Source of the DNA: Candidatus Bathyarchaeota archaeon
GTDB taxonomy: Archaea > Thermoproteota > Bathyarchaeia > 40CM-2-53-6 > RBG-13-38-9
Direction: 5' to 3'
Assembly (NCBI GenBank): GCA_963807605.1
Contig: CAWECG010000004.1
Location: 256,001 to 320,000, forward strand
DNA: 64,000 nucleotides
The stretch's first letter is position 1. Each line of letters starts with the position of its first letter. The translations under genes were made by a program, and so were the position numbers. The notes under the pieces were generated by a model. The model had not been told where the DNA came from. It saw nothing but the letters and a program-made list of their open reading frames with translations, and searched no databases. Shown in pieces: positions 37,026 through 47,904 of the stretch.

Positions 37026-39194
37026 CTACGCCTTCGTGAAAGCGCCTTCACGTTTACCGTACCAGACCACACTCATAAGCACAAGGATCAATGCCAAACC
37101 AGTAATGCCACTGAGAAGGGGTTGTTCACCAAACTTCAGGATCATCGGTGCAAAGATGAGCGAGATCAAATTGATAACTTTGATCATAGGGTTCAAGGCG
37201 GGTCCCGAGGTGTCCTTAAGCGGATCGCCTACAGTGTCACAGACGACTGCGGCCTTGTGTACTTCAGAACCCTTGCCCCCATAGAATCCATCCTCGATCT
37301 TTTTCTTTGCGTTGTCCCATGCGGCTCCAGAGGAGGCCATGAACACGGCTAGGAGTTGTCCAACCACAATTATTCCTGCCAAAAAGGCGCCCAGAGCAGC
37401 CTCTTTCAATATGAATCCCACTGCCAACGGAGTCAATATGGCAAGAAGTGCCAAACCTACGAGTTCTCTCTGAGCTGCAGAGGTGCAGATCGTCACGACC
37501 TTTGCATAGTCAGGAGGCACGGTTCCGTCAATAATGCCCGGAATCTTGAATTGATTTCTCACCTCCTCGATGATGTAACCTGCTGCCCGGCTCACTGCAC
37601 GAATGGAGACGGAACTGAACAGAAATGGTAGCGCCCCGCCTACAAGCAATCCAACGAAGACGATGGGATTAGCGATGTTAAGCCCCACCTTCTCTAAGCC
37701 CGTCGTCTCAGCAAAGGCTCCAAAGAGAGAAACAGCCGCAATCACAGCGGAAGCGATAGCTATAGCCTTGGTCACCGCTTTTGTCGTATTGCCTGAGGCG
37801 TCAAGGTCAGCCATGATCTTTCTAGCCTCAGGTTCGACACCGGCCATCTCACCTATACCGTTCGCGTTGTCGACTATCGGGCCGAATGCATCCATAGAGA
37901 TGTTATTACCGGTAAGAGTCAGCATTCCTATCCCAGAAAGGGCAACACCGTACATTATCAGCACGACAGAGGCGCCAGAGAAGAAGAAGACTGAAGCGAT
38001 TATTGCCATGCATATGATCAACAGGTTCAATACGGTGACTTCGAAACCCAAGGATAGTCCCTCGAGTATCCCTGTTGCAGCTCCGGTTCGTGATGCGCGG
38101 GCGAGTTCGTCAACTGGTTTCTTAGAGGGATTTGTAAAGTGATCCGTCATTTTATTGAATCCGATTGCTAGGAAGACACCTACCGCGGTGGCTGCGAACA
38201 CTCTCAGATCGTGCACATACAATACTGAAATAACAAAGAAGCCCGCCACCGATATGCTCGCTGAAAGGTCATACGATAGGTCCATAGCTTTGAAGGCGTC
38301 ACCCTTTATCATTCTATGAGGCCATAGGGAGACGCAGTAGGTTCCGATTATTGTGCTTACCACCCCGATGGCCCTGACGAGAAGCGGGTAGATGATCCAT
38401 TTTGCATCAAAGGGCACCAAGGCAAGACCGAGTATCATGGCTGATACTATTGTCACCTCATACGATTCGAATATGTCTGCGGCCATACCGGCACAGTCGC
38501 CCACGTTATCCCCAACAAGGTCTGCAACAACAGCAGCATTGCGTGGATCGTCCTCAGGGATTCCCTTTTCCACTTTCCCGACAAGATCGGCTCCAACATC
38601 AGCGGCTTTGGTATATATTCCGCCACCAACACGCATGAACAATGCGATGAGTGTACCGCCGAATCCAAAGCCCAAAAGAACCTCAGGAGCGTCTCTAAAA
38701 TAGATCATGAAGATCAGTGTGCCACCAAGAAGCCCAAGACCGTCCGTCAACATCCCCGTTATCGTGCCTGACCTGTAAGCGATCCTTAGGGCATCGTGAA
38801 AGTTCCTACGCGCAGCCTCGACGACTCTAATGTTGCCCCTCACTGCCATGTTCATTCCAAGGTATCCCACTAGGCCAGAGAAAGTCACGCCCATGACAAA
38901 CGCACAAGCTCTCCCGATTGAGATCGATTGAGGGCTACCAACGAATACCGCAGAAAGATAAAGAATGAGAGCTAAGGCCACAATAACCAGAAGGATAGAT
39001 CTAAACTGTTTCTTGAGGTAGGCATTTGCTCCCTCGGATATTCCCCTCCAGACATGGAGCATCTTGCCCGTTCCCGTGGCCTCTCTCAGGATCTGACGTG
39101 TCAACAAGATGGCATATGCAAGAGCGCCCAAGGCTGTAGCGACCACAACCCATAGCATTGTGGCTTCAAATGTCAAGCTCATAGTTAGAATCAC
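37026..39194 (-). CDS. hppA: membrane-bound H+-translocating pyrophosphatase, K+-independent type
   Basis: GGIYTKAADVGADLVGKVE, EDDPRN, GNTTKA and DTVGDPLKD motifs. Confidence 0.95.
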   Translation of the reverse strand: MILTMSLTFEATMLWVVVATALGALAYAILLTRQILREATGTGKMLHVWRGISEGANAYLKKQFRSILLVIVALALILYLSAVFVGSPQSISIGRACAFVMGVTFSGLVGYLGMNMAVRGNIRVVEAARRNFHDALRIAYRSGTITGMLTDGLGLLGGTLIFMIYFRDAPEVLLGFGFGGTLIALFMRVGGGIYTKAADVGADLVGKVEKGIPEDDPRNAAVVADLVGDNVGDCAGMAADIFESYEVTIVSAMILGLALVPFDAKWIIYPLLVRAIGVVSTIIGTYCVSLWPHRMIKGDAFKAMDLSYDLSASISVAGFFVISVLYVHDLRVFAATAVGVFLAIGFNKMTDHFTNPSKKPVDELARASRTGAATGILEGLSLGFEVTVLNLLIICMAIIASVFFFSGASVVLIMYGVALSGIGMLTLTGNNISMDAFGPIVDNANGIGEMAGVEPEARKIMADLDASGNTTKAVTKAIAIASAVIAAVSLFGAFAETTGLEKVGLNIANPIVFVGLLVGGALPFLFSSVSIRAVSRAAGYIIEEVRNQFKIPGIIDGTVPPDYAKVVTICTSAAQRELVGLALLAILTPLAVGFILKEAALGAFLAGIIVVGQLLAVFMASSGAAWDNAKKKIEDGFYGGKGSEVHKAAVVCDTVGDPLKDTSGPALNPMIKVINLISLIFAPMILKFGEQPLLSGITGLALILVLMSVVWYGKREGAFTKA

Positions 39195-39341
39195 ACATGG
39201 GAAGGCTACAGATTTCTGCTGGTTATTTTATATAAGCCGTGTGCCTAGGACCGGAATTCCCAGGCTGCAACTCAGTATGATAAAACCCAATGAAGAACTT
39301 TCCAAAGGTATTATGTTTAGCGAGAGACAGGTTTTACCTCT

Positions 39342-40043
39342 CTATTCTGATCCCGAGGTTTTGGCAGGTTCTTCGCGTAGTAGCCCTCTGAGCTTGCATT
39401 CAGCCTGCAGCTCAGCCAAAGTCTCCGAGTCTATCGAAATGTCAAAATGATCTTTTAGCTTTGATCTCGTACCTTCGAGGTCTACTATATTGTTTCTAGA
39501 CACGATCGCCTTAGGGATTAGATTGCACAGATCCTCAATGTAATTCCAGGGAAAGATAACCCATCTCCACTGAATCTTCTCTCCGTAGTAATCGGGTATG
39601 AACTTAGCACCTTCTATATGTCTGAGAGTAGCTGTCCTTATCTCAGCGGGTCCAAGCGACTTTACGTGTTCAACAGACTTCATCATACTTTCTCCAGTAT
39701 CTGTTATGTCGTCCACCAGCAAGACCCTCTTTTCAGAGAGGTCAACAGAAAGCGGATACTTGACTCGGGCCTCACCGTCCGGACTGGCGGTTATTCCCCA
39801 GTGTTCGACCTTGATACTATGGAGTTCCTTTATCCCGAGAAAGTCACAGAGGACGCGAGAGAAGATCCAGCCTCCGCGCGCCAGTCCTATCACAACTTCT
39901 GATTTGTAGCCTGACTCCTTGATCTTCTTCGCCACTTCTCTCGATAGCGAATAGAACTTGTTCCAGTCCATTACTTCACAACTAAAATCGGACAAAGGGT
40001 TCCTCACTAAAAGGTTGTGAAAGCATATCTGCAATTTCTTCAC
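39342..40043 (-). CDS. type I phosphoribosyltransferase (true start probably ~39993)
   Basis: GLARGG, VLLVDDITDTGES and WVIFPW motifs. Confidence 0.9.
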   Translation of the reverse strand: MKKLQICFHNLLVRNPLSDFSCEVMDWNKFYSLSREVAKKIKESGYKSEVVIGLARGGWIFSRVLCDFLGIKELHSIKVEHWGITASPDGEARVKYPLSVDLSEKRVLLVDDITDTGESMMKSVEHVKSLGPAEIRTATLRHIEGAKFIPDYYGEKIQWRWVIFPWNYIEDLCNLIPKAIVSRNNIVDLEGTRSKLKDHFDISIDSETLAELQAECKLRGLLREEPAKTSGSE

Positions 40044-40152
40044 AATCTAGTCTAGCAGTAATAAGGATTCCTGCGTCTTGAGAGGCACATGTTGCCTTAA
40101 ACCCGAGTCGCACTTGAAGTTTTATAGAAGAGCCCCGGCCAAAGATGTTGCC

Positions 40153-40944
40153 ATGAACGACAGTGTTGACGTGGCGATAATTGGCGGTTCTGGCCTCTAC
40201 GACCAAGACCTTCTAGAAGATCCACGGGAGGTGAAGGTTCACACGCCTTACGGGCGGACAAGCGACCTTATAATCCTTGGGAATTATGAAGGGAGAAAGA
40301 TCGCCTTTCTTCCTAGACACGGAAGAGGCCACCAGATCCCCCCGCACAACGTGAATTATAGGGCGAACATTTGGGCTCTCAAAAAACTTGGCGTTAAACG
40401 GATACTCTCATCAAATGCGTGCGGTTCGCTCTCAGAGAAACATAAGCCTGGTGACATTCTAGTCTTGGACCAATTCATAGATAGAACGAAGTCTCGGTCC
40501 AGTACCTTCTATGAAGGAGGTCAGGTCTGTCACATCTCGGTCGCGGATCCCTTTTGTCCTGAACTAAGCAAGTTGCTTGTTGAGGAAGGTACGTCTCTGG
40601 GAATTCCCGTTCACGACGGTGGAGTCTACATCTGCATCGAAGGCCCGAGATTCTCCACCAAGGCAGAGAGCAACCTATACAAACGGTGGGGTGCAGATGT
40701 TGTCGGCATGACTATCTTCCCTGAATGTGTACTCGCCCGAGAAACTGAGATATGTTACGGATCGATAGCGCTTGTAACTGATTATGATGTGTGGGCTGAG
40801 AAACCAGTCAGTGTCGATGTGATACTGGACGTGATGAGAGCGAATGTGAACAAAGCTAAGCGGCTGTTTGGATCAGTTATTCCCAAGATCCCAGAAAAGC
40901 CGGCATGCAATTGCTGGAGTGCTCTTAGTAACGCACTGCTGTAG
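40153..40944 (+). CDS. mtnP: S-methyl-5'-thioadenosine phosphorylase
   Basis: IIGGSG, PRHGRGH, NYRANIWAL, EGPRFST and VTDYD motifs. Start moved to the ATG at 40153. Confidence 0.92.
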   Translation: MNDSVDVAIIGGSGLYDQDLLEDPREVKVHTPYGRTSDLIILGNYEGRKIAFLPRHGRGHQIPPHNVNYRANIWALKKLGVKRILSSNACGSLSEKHKPGDILVLDQFIDRTKSRSSTFYEGGQVCHISVADPFCPELSKLLVEEGTSLGIPVHDGGVYICIEGPRFSTKAESNLYKRWGADVVGMTIFPECVLARETEICYGSIALVTDYDVWAEKPVSVDVILDVMRANVNKAKRLFGSVIPKIPEKPACNCWSALSNALL

Positions 40945-40996
40945 TTGCCCTGCCAGTGTCCCCGAACTGTTCAGCTTCTATCAGTGGGGCCCTTCC

Positions 40997-41377
40997 TTAC
41001 TTGACCTGTGAACCGCATTTCGCGCAGAATTTGGCACGGGATGGCAAAGTCGTTCCACATGTTTTGCATGTAATTGTTGAAGGAGGCGGTGGGCTTGGAG
41101 TTGGTGAAACGACTAAGGCATCTTCAGGCTTTGCCAAGAGAACGACATCCTCGATAGAACTGACATTTGCAAGGGGAACCTCTATGTCTCCGCTGACCTT
41201 AGTGCCCACGATGAGCAAGACCTCTTTGTCGGTGATGCTTATAGCAAAGTCTTTGACGCTTCCAACGATTGCGCCTTTGGAATCGACAACTTGCATTCCG
41301 ATGAATTTTTGACTTGGAATGTAATTTCGTAATTTTTCGCTCAAGCCAGGTTCAACCTTAGAAGAGATCGGTTTCAT
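40997..41377 (-). CDS. PRC-barrel plus zinc-ribbon protein
   Basis: FIGMQVVDSKGAIVGSVKD; C-terminal CKTCG...FCAKCG. Confidence 0.8.
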   Translation of the reverse strand: MKPISSKVEPGLSEKLRNYIPSQKFIGMQVVDSKGAIVGSVKDFAISITDKEVLLIVGTKVSGDIEVPLANVSSIEDVVLLAKPEDALVVSPTPSPPPPSTITCKTCGTTLPSRAKFCAKCGSQVK

Positions 41378-41475
41378 TGATTATTAACATTTGCCGCGCG
41401 CTCTCAAAGAGGTTATACTGCTTTTTCGAAACTGTGATATCGGGGTCCTATTACTAAAGGGGAGAGGTTGCTGAC

Positions 41476-42405
41476 ATGCTTTCCTCTAGACAAGTCGTGC
41501 TTATTGTGATCTTAGCGGTTGGAACCCTTTCGGGGTTATCTGTCGTGGAGGCGCCGAAGGCAGTGCATTTCAGCGTGGATATTTCTGGCAACAGGGTGAT
41601 CGCGGAGCGAGATAACTTCCTAACTATCAATGTGACCAACATAGGTGACGACGTATACGACGTCGGTCTGACGTTGGCGCTGACCTCACCTTTGATTCTC
41701 GCAGGTGATAATAATTGGTACTATTCATATATTCCGGCAAACAGCTCAGTAATAATTGATATCTTGCTGCGGGTGCCAGCGAGCGCTATCAAGAGTACGC
41801 TTGGCACAACCTTGACCATTCGCTACAAGGAGATCGGTTATGTTTACTATGGTTCAGAGGATCATGTGATCGGCTTCGCAGTATACGGTTGGATTCAGAT
41901 ACAAGATACTGACAGGTTACTGCAACCTAATTCAACAGCACCGGATTCAATCATAACGATTTCCGGAAACATCCTTAACATTGGGAACACAGCTGCCATG
42001 TACTCAAACATATCGATCCGGAATAGCACTGAGCTCCAATTAAGCGGAGACAGTAGCATATATGCCGGAGAGATTGACCCCAACTCGCCTTACCCTTACA
42101 GTCTCTCAGCAGTTGTCGCGTCCGATGTTAAACCGGGATCTTACAAATTTGAGGTCGAGATGAATTACCAGGACGATCAGTATGTATGGCACAGATATCT
42201 GATCACAATGCCCTTAGAGATATCTGCACGACAGGCGACTACGTCTGGGGAAGAAAGCCCGACAATCTCCGGCCTATTGCTAAGGAATCTTCCGTATATT
42301 GTGGCGGTGACCGTGATGGCGATCTTGATAGTCACTGCTTTGACTGTCAGACGAGCTAGGAAGCGGTCAAAACTTAATCCTGAGACGGTTTCGATGAAGG
42401 TTTAA
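41476..42405 (+). CDS. COG1361-like S-layer/surface protein
   Basis: Signal peptide; LTINVTNIG and ILNIGNTAA repeats; C-terminal TM segment and basic tail. Confidence 0.7.
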   Translation: MLSSRQVVLIVILAVGTLSGLSVVEAPKAVHFSVDISGNRVIAERDNFLTINVTNIGDDVYDVGLTLALTSPLILAGDNNWYYSYIPANSSVIIDILLRVPASAIKSTLGTTLTIRYKEIGYVYYGSEDHVIGFAVYGWIQIQDTDRLLQPNSTAPDSIITISGNILNIGNTAAMYSNISIRNSTELQLSGDSSIYAGEIDPNSPYPYSLSAVVASDVKPGSYKFEVEMNYQDDQYVWHRYLITMPLEISARQATTSGEESPTISGLLLRNLPYIVAVTVMAILIVTALTVRRARKRSKLNPETVSMKV

Positions 42406-42513
42406 CTCAGTTTGTTCGGAGTGCCCTTGAGACAGAGAGCTTTTGGGATAGAGCCTTCCGTATCGAAGAGCATTGTGCACTAGCAGGATTCTTTTGTGCG
42501 ATAATGAGAAGCT

Positions 42514-45500
42514 TTGTGTGTATCAACTTCAGATGCTCTGGTTGAATTTGTTATGTTCATAAAGCACCGATCCCTCTTGGCAGTCTTACTCCTAATCTTT
42601 GTATCTCCACAGTTGCCGCACAACGTTGCCGGGGATTCGGCTTCAGTATCACCTGGAAGATTCTCGTTGAAGCTGGGTGCAAGCGATCGAGTTGTCCAGA
42701 GGCAGTATAATTACAGCATGATCCTGACTGGGACGGTGGGCGATTTACTATTCGAGATCAATCTGAGCACTCCGAGAGCAGGCATTCAAGTGTATGTGCC
42801 TCCAGAATTCGGGGGACTGTTGCCTGGAAACACGACAAATATCTGGACTAGTATTACAAACGATTACAGAAACATACAGCTTGAAAGATTAAGATATAAT
42901 GATACTGTTGCACCTTTCTGGTACCGAATAGATCTTGGAAATCAGACAAGCTTCTCGAGTGCACCTAGCCAGATAAAGACAGGCACGCATTTCCTCAAAA
43001 TGTTCAATCTCCAGGCTCCACTAATTTGCGGACGCTATTTCTTCAAGATATTCGTCCAAACATCATTACTAGCCCTCCCTACTTCTATAGGCTCAGGAAA
43101 CTTCCCAACAGTCGTTGTATCGGCAAGTCTGAACCCCGCCTTCATAGCCGGGCGACTTCTGGCCTGTCAGAGGGGGTACTATCCGCTTTATGGATTTGGT
43201 GAGCCAATTGCCGTCCCGGGAAAGGTGGTTGTCAATGGCACAACATATCTTGGAACGAGAGTGACGGGGATGGCCTACGTCAACGCAAGCTTGCAAAGCA
43301 ACTACACTGTATATGGTCTAGAAGCTGGAACATACAACATCACAGCAAGCGCCGACGGATATCCTTCAGTTACTCTAGACAGACTCCTGAACGTCAGGGA
43401 AGGTCAGTCTCTCGAGGGTATTGACATCTACTTGTGCAGGGGGGCAAACATATCTGGAATAGTCTGGTCAAAATGTGAACTAACTCCTTTGCAGTGGGGC
43501 AACATCACATTCCTCGATCCATTATTTCCCAAAGCTCTTAGAGCTGTAAATGGAGGCTTTGCCGTTGATTCTCTTTTAATAAACAGCCAATCAAGTTTCC
43601 CAGTTACACTGGTTATCGGTGTCAATGCAACTCAAGTACAACCAGGCGATCTACTTTCTACATTTCCTTTTTCGAATGTAGTGTTGGATACCGTATTGAC
43701 AAGTGCCGAGATAATTCCAAATCCAACAAACTCTACTATTTTTCAACGCAATGCACTCGTTGTCCGTGGGAACAACACGGCACCAGCCCTGAGATGGATC
43801 AGTGTCCCTAAACCTTTCAAAGTAATTCTCTATGTTGCGGATGGTCCGCCGGTCGTCAACATCACAGGAACCACGAATCCTAAGGCGATGAACTTCAACT
43901 TTAGCGCTTGGTTCTCGCAATATGACGGGCATATCCCCCAGGATCTGGCGGGATATGTATCCGGGATCGGCTACGGTGATTACACAATAAAACCATTCGT
44001 CAATCAGTACGTTCAACTGGAAGAGTGCCGGGTAGGGGTATTCAATCAGACATTTTCGATGTCCTTAGTCATAGATCTTCATCGAACTGGAAAAATAGTG
44101 ACGACAGTTCACCTGAAGGATGTTGAAGGCGGGGCTCCTGCACCATCGACAATCGATCACGTCTTGGTGACCGATGTTTACGATCAGAGCGGGGCTTTGG
44201 CTGGGACGAACTTCACACTCGTTCCGCAAGGGAGCACTCAGACTCAGGTCGTAGTCACTGGGTTCTCTTTTCAACAGTACTTCGTTAATCAAACAGTAGA
44301 CCCCATTCTCCCTCTAGCTATGCAGGAGTTTCTCAGAGGGACTGTCGATCCACCGGATTACGGGCTACTTCCAGGAACATATTCCATCAAGACGTTCTTG
44401 GGAGGTTATGTTCAAGGAGCTGTCGCACGGGCGACTGTCGGCGACTGCGATAGCACAACGGAAACTAGCTTTGAAATGTGCAAAGGCGGTCAAATTATTC
44501 TGACCTTGCGATCCGTGAACTGGCAGCAACCCAGTGTTCCAATCCCCTGGACCAATCCAGCAAAGAACATAACTGTATTTGTGTACGATGCGTCCGGCCA
44601 GGACTATGGATATCTCCTCTTGAGTCAGAGGCGGAACGCCTACATAGCCTCTGGGGTATATGCTGGACTTGACTATTACAACCTGACAAGCATGTTGCTC
44701 CCGTACATCTTAGGTGCTCGTGATCGTCCGCTTGACCCAAGATTGTATCTTCTAAAGGCTTACACAATAGGGTATCTTTCAGGTGAGACCGCCGAAGTTG
44801 TCATAACCGGAGGCGGACCCGGGGTAGGGATAAGTGCAGCTGATCTTCAGATAGACCTCAAGGTAGGGGGAACAATAATCATCGATCTCTCCTTCAAGAC
44901 CGAGGCCTTGTTTAGTCCTCTTGCTGGATTCCCGTTTCGACACGACTCGAATGGATCCACCCCCATAAGGATTGAAGTATTCGATGATCAGGGTGAGCTC
45001 GTTGGTGCCTCGGTTGGGTACGCACCGAAAGGAACGGTTGAGCTTAGCTATCCTAGTGCTCCCTTCCTGAGAATCATAGGACTCGATAGGTACTATGGAA
45101 CCTATACAATATCTTGGGTTAATTATTTTCATACAACCGATAGTGTAGTGCTGCCCGATAGAGGATTGCCTTCTCAATCGTTGAGCATTAGGGTCTTCGT
45201 TCCAGGCTATGATGAGGTTCAGCTTCCCGTCGTGGCCCTGACGCCTCAGGGGCAGATAACGGTATCCATAGCTTTGGAGAAGATGGCTCACCTGAAGGGG
45301 ATGGTTTACTATCGCAATATGTTCAATTTAGTCGTCCCGCTCTCATGGGCAGCTGTGTCTCTAATCGACCAACATCTTATGGTCGCTCCCACCTTGGATG
45401 GCTGCTACGAGATGTGGGCCCCAGAGGGGTCGTACCAGGTCACTGCAGGACACATCGCTTATCAACCGCTTACTCAGCCAACACATCTATCGGCTGCGGC

Positions 45501-45657
45501 TGAAGCCGAGTTGGATTTCTATATGGTGAGCTATGTAGACGCCGTTCCAGAGATTGCTCAAGTGCAGGCCTGCCTGATTCTGCCTTTGTTACTGATCTTC
45601 TGCATTTTGTTAACCCTAATACGCAGGCGCTATGCTGGAGTATCCAAAGAAAAATAG
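42514..45657 (+). CDS. large secreted protein with carboxypeptidase-regulatory-like domains (true start probably 42553)
   Basis: GLEAGTYNITASADGY-type repeats; C-terminal VPE-TM-RRR. Confidence 0.7.
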   Translation: MCVSTSDALVEFVMFIKHRSLLAVLLLIFVSPQLPHNVAGDSASVSPGRFSLKLGASDRVVQRQYNYSMILTGTVGDLLFEINLSTPRAGIQVYVPPEFGGLLPGNTTNIWTSITNDYRNIQLERLRYNDTVAPFWYRIDLGNQTSFSSAPSQIKTGTHFLKMFNLQAPLICGRYFFKIFVQTSLLALPTSIGSGNFPTVVVSASLNPAFIAGRLLACQRGYYPLYGFGEPIAVPGKVVVNGTTYLGTRVTGMAYVNASLQSNYTVYGLEAGTYNITASADGYPSVTLDRLLNVREGQSLEGIDIYLCRGANISGIVWSKCELTPLQWGNITFLDPLFPKALRAVNGGFAVDSLLINSQSSFPVTLVIGVNATQVQPGDLLSTFPFSNVVLDTVLTSAEIIPNPTNSTIFQRNALVVRGNNTAPALRWISVPKPFKVILYVADGPPVVNITGTTNPKAMNFNFSAWFSQYDGHIPQDLAGYVSGIGYGDYTIKPFVNQYVQLEECRVGVFNQTFSMSLVIDLHRTGKIVTTVHLKDVEGGAPAPSTIDHVLVTDVYDQSGALAGTNFTLVPQGSTQTQVVVTGFSFQQYFVNQTVDPILPLAMQEFLRGTVDPPDYGLLPGTYSIKTFLGGYVQGAVARATVGDCDSTTETSFEMCKGGQIILTLRSVNWQQPSVPIPWTNPAKNITVFVYDASGQDYGYLLLSQRRNAYIASGVYAGLDYYNLTSMLLPYILGARDRPLDPRLYLLKAYTIGYLSGETAEVVITGGGPGVGISAADLQIDLKVGGTIIIDLSFKTEALFSPLAGFPFRHDSNGSTPIRIEVFDDQGELVGASVGYAPKGTVELSYPSAPFLRIIGLDRYYGTYTISWVNYFHTTDSVVLPDRGLPSQSLSIRVFVPGYDEVQLPVVALTPQGQITVSIALEKMAHLKGMVYYRNMFNLVVPLSWAAVSLIDQHLMVAPTLDGCYEMWAPEGSYQVTAGHIAYQPLTQPTHLSAAAEAELDFYMVSYVDAVPEIAQVQACLILPLLLIFCILLTLIRRRYAGVSKEK

Positions 45658-45758
45658 AACACCATGCTGCACCTTTTTTCTGGTCTGCAAAAACAATCAT
45701 TATATGATGCGAAGTTCGATTCCTCACATGTTGAATTCAACTGGGGAGCCTGGGCCTC

Positions 45759-47282
45759 ATGAGTGAAAAAGTCGGAATAATGGGATACGGTGTCTACGTA
45801 CCCATAGAGAGGATATCGACTGAAAAAATCGTCAGGAGGCGGGAGGCAAGGCGTAAAGATCTCGAAGAATTTCTTGCAAAAGTCAGGGACGGCCTGCTTT
45901 TGAAAAATAAGTCGATAGCGAACTACTCGGAAGATACGACAACGATAGCCACAGAAGCAGCTGAAAATGCCATAAAGATGGCCCAAATCGATCCGAAACT
46001 CATAACGTCCGTAGCCCTTGGAACAGAATCCAAACCCTACGCTGTCGGGCTGGCTGCAAGACACGTCGCCTCGTTCACCAGTATGGGAGAGAACGTCTTC
46101 GTTTCCGACTTGGAGGGTGCATGCAATGCCGGAATGCAGGCTGTGAATTTCATAATGGGACAGATCAAATCTGGGCTGATAGATTACGGCATGGCCATTG
46201 GCTCGGATGTCTCTCAGGCGCCTGTAAGGGATGCTTTAGAGTATAGCGCAGGCGCAGGCGCAGCAGCCCTAATAATGGGACGAGAAGAGCTCGTAGCCAG
46301 TATAGAAGATATGGCGCCTTTTTCAAGTCTCTCGCTCGATTTCTGGAGGCGAGACGAAATGCTCGTCCCGAAACATTTCGGCAGGACAACTGTCGAGATC
46401 TATACCTCTCACGTTGTGGGCGCCATGGAAGAGCTTTTGAGAAGGCACCCTGATCTGAAACTGTCAGACTTTGACTACATCACATTCCACCAACCATCCG
46501 GATACATGCCGCTTAAGGTCTGCAAAGCCTTAGCTCAACCCAGAATGGAAGTCGGATGCGATCCCAATGTTCAAGACCGTCTAAGGATCTCCATGGATGA
46601 TGTAGAAAAGAAAGTCAAACCTTGGTTTACCGTTCTGGAGACAGGCAACACATATGCTGCCTCGACGCCAATCGCCATTTCCACAATCCTAGACGAGGCC
46701 AGCCCAGGAGAAAACATTCTAGCTGTATCATATGGCTCTGGCGCTTACACCATCGCGACTTGGCTTCATGTCGAAGAAGGCATCACTAATAAGAGGGGGC
46801 GTGTTCCGACGGTCCATGAATACCTATCCCGGAGAAGAGAGATAGACTTCAAGACCTATGCTGACTACCTCGGCGAACGTATACATAGAGGGAAAAGTCG
46901 CCTGAAGCATCCCCGCATTGTGGGAGAGGTAGAACCAATCGGCACAGAATCGCTTGAGGTCGTCATTTGCCCCAAGTGTAACAGGGTATATTATCCTGCC
47001 AGGAAGAAGTGCCTCCAGTATGATTGTGCAGGTCCGCTTCAGAAGCTCGTGTTCCCTAAGCGCGCGAAACTGAAGAGAATCAAACAGCTTCCGCCGCGGC
47101 AAAGCAGGATCTTTGACTGTAATGTTCTAAGACAGGGTGGCGTCTACCTGGTCGATTCCGACCTTGAAGAGCTGAAACCGGGAACTGAGTTAGAATCCGT
47201 TACCAGACGCCTTGATTATGAAGGGAGTGACGGCCTCATAATATATGGGCCATGCTACAGACCATCATTCAGGAATACATAG
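45759..47282 (+). CDS. HMG-CoA synthase fused to a C-terminal DUF35-like Zn-ribbon/OB domain
   Basis: GTESKPY, ACNAG, HQP, GNTYAAS and SYGSG motifs; C-terminal CPKC..YYP..C....C and RRL..GLIIYG. Confidence 0.85.
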   Translation: MSEKVGIMGYGVYVPIERISTEKIVRRREARRKDLEEFLAKVRDGLLLKNKSIANYSEDTTTIATEAAENAIKMAQIDPKLITSVALGTESKPYAVGLAARHVASFTSMGENVFVSDLEGACNAGMQAVNFIMGQIKSGLIDYGMAIGSDVSQAPVRDALEYSAGAGAAALIMGREELVASIEDMAPFSSLSLDFWRRDEMLVPKHFGRTTVEIYTSHVVGAMEELLRRHPDLKLSDFDYITFHQPSGYMPLKVCKALAQPRMEVGCDPNVQDRLRISMDDVEKKVKPWFTVLETGNTYAASTPIAISTILDEASPGENILAVSYGSGAYTIATWLHVEEGITNKRGRVPTVHEYLSRRREIDFKTYADYLGERIHRGKSRLKHPRIVGEVEPIGTESLEVVICPKCNRVYYPARKKCLQYDCAGPLQKLVFPKRAKLKRIKQLPPRQSRIFDCNVLRQGGVYLVDSDLEELKPGTELESVTRRLDYEGSDGLIIYGPCYRPSFRNT

Positions 47283-47337
47283 GAATGAGGAGCAACGTAC
47301 TGGTTCCTAGGTCAGAATTACAGTACTCACTGAGATT

Positions 47338-47904
47338 CTAAGCCTTAAACCACCTGAACACCAGGTAGTCTGCCCTTCTCGACTTTGCCTCCGGTGTTGC
47401 AATGATAAACTGTTTTCTGACTGTTGTTGCGAGTCTTCCAGCTCTAACTATATCGAAGGTGCCCATCTTCTCATTCCTCTTCTTAACGGAGATGATGAAG
47501 GGCGCGTGGTCTATTCCAGGGCCATGTTCGTAAACGGCAAAGTCAGCTCCGAACTTAATTCCAGGTGTCACAACATATCCTTTGTCTCTCAGGTTTCTGT
47601 AGACTAGATATCCATTCTCGAAATCCTTGTAGGTCTTTGAGGCTACTTCAAGGAGCTTTTTCCTTGAAACCAGTTTCCCCATTTCCGCATCTCTTACCTT
47701 TATTTGACGCTTCTCAAATAGGTAGATGCCCTCCATCAAATCAAGCATTAGTGGCGAATCAAAAAGTTGATCGGGTTTTGGCTTAGGAATGCCCACTGGC
47801 TTCCCATAGAAACCGGACTTGTAGAGTGACATTCCCGCCTCAGCATTCCAAACGACAAGTCTTGAACCCATGAGCTCGGCTTCAATCATCCTAGAAACCA
47901 CCAT
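47338..47904 (-). CDS. endA: tRNA-intron endonuclease, catalytic unit
   Basis: VYRNLRDKGY, GIKFGADFAVY, DHAP and RLATTVRK motifs. Confidence 0.93.
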   Translation of the reverse strand: MVVSRMIEAELMGSRLVVWNAEAGMSLYKSGFYGKPVGIPKPKPDQLFDSPLMLDLMEGIYLFEKRQIKVRDAEMGKLVSRKKLLEVASKTYKDFENGYLVYRNLRDKGYVVTPGIKFGADFAVYEHGPGIDHAPFIISVKKRNEKMGTFDIVRAGRLATTVRKQFIIATPEAKSRRADYLVFRWFKA

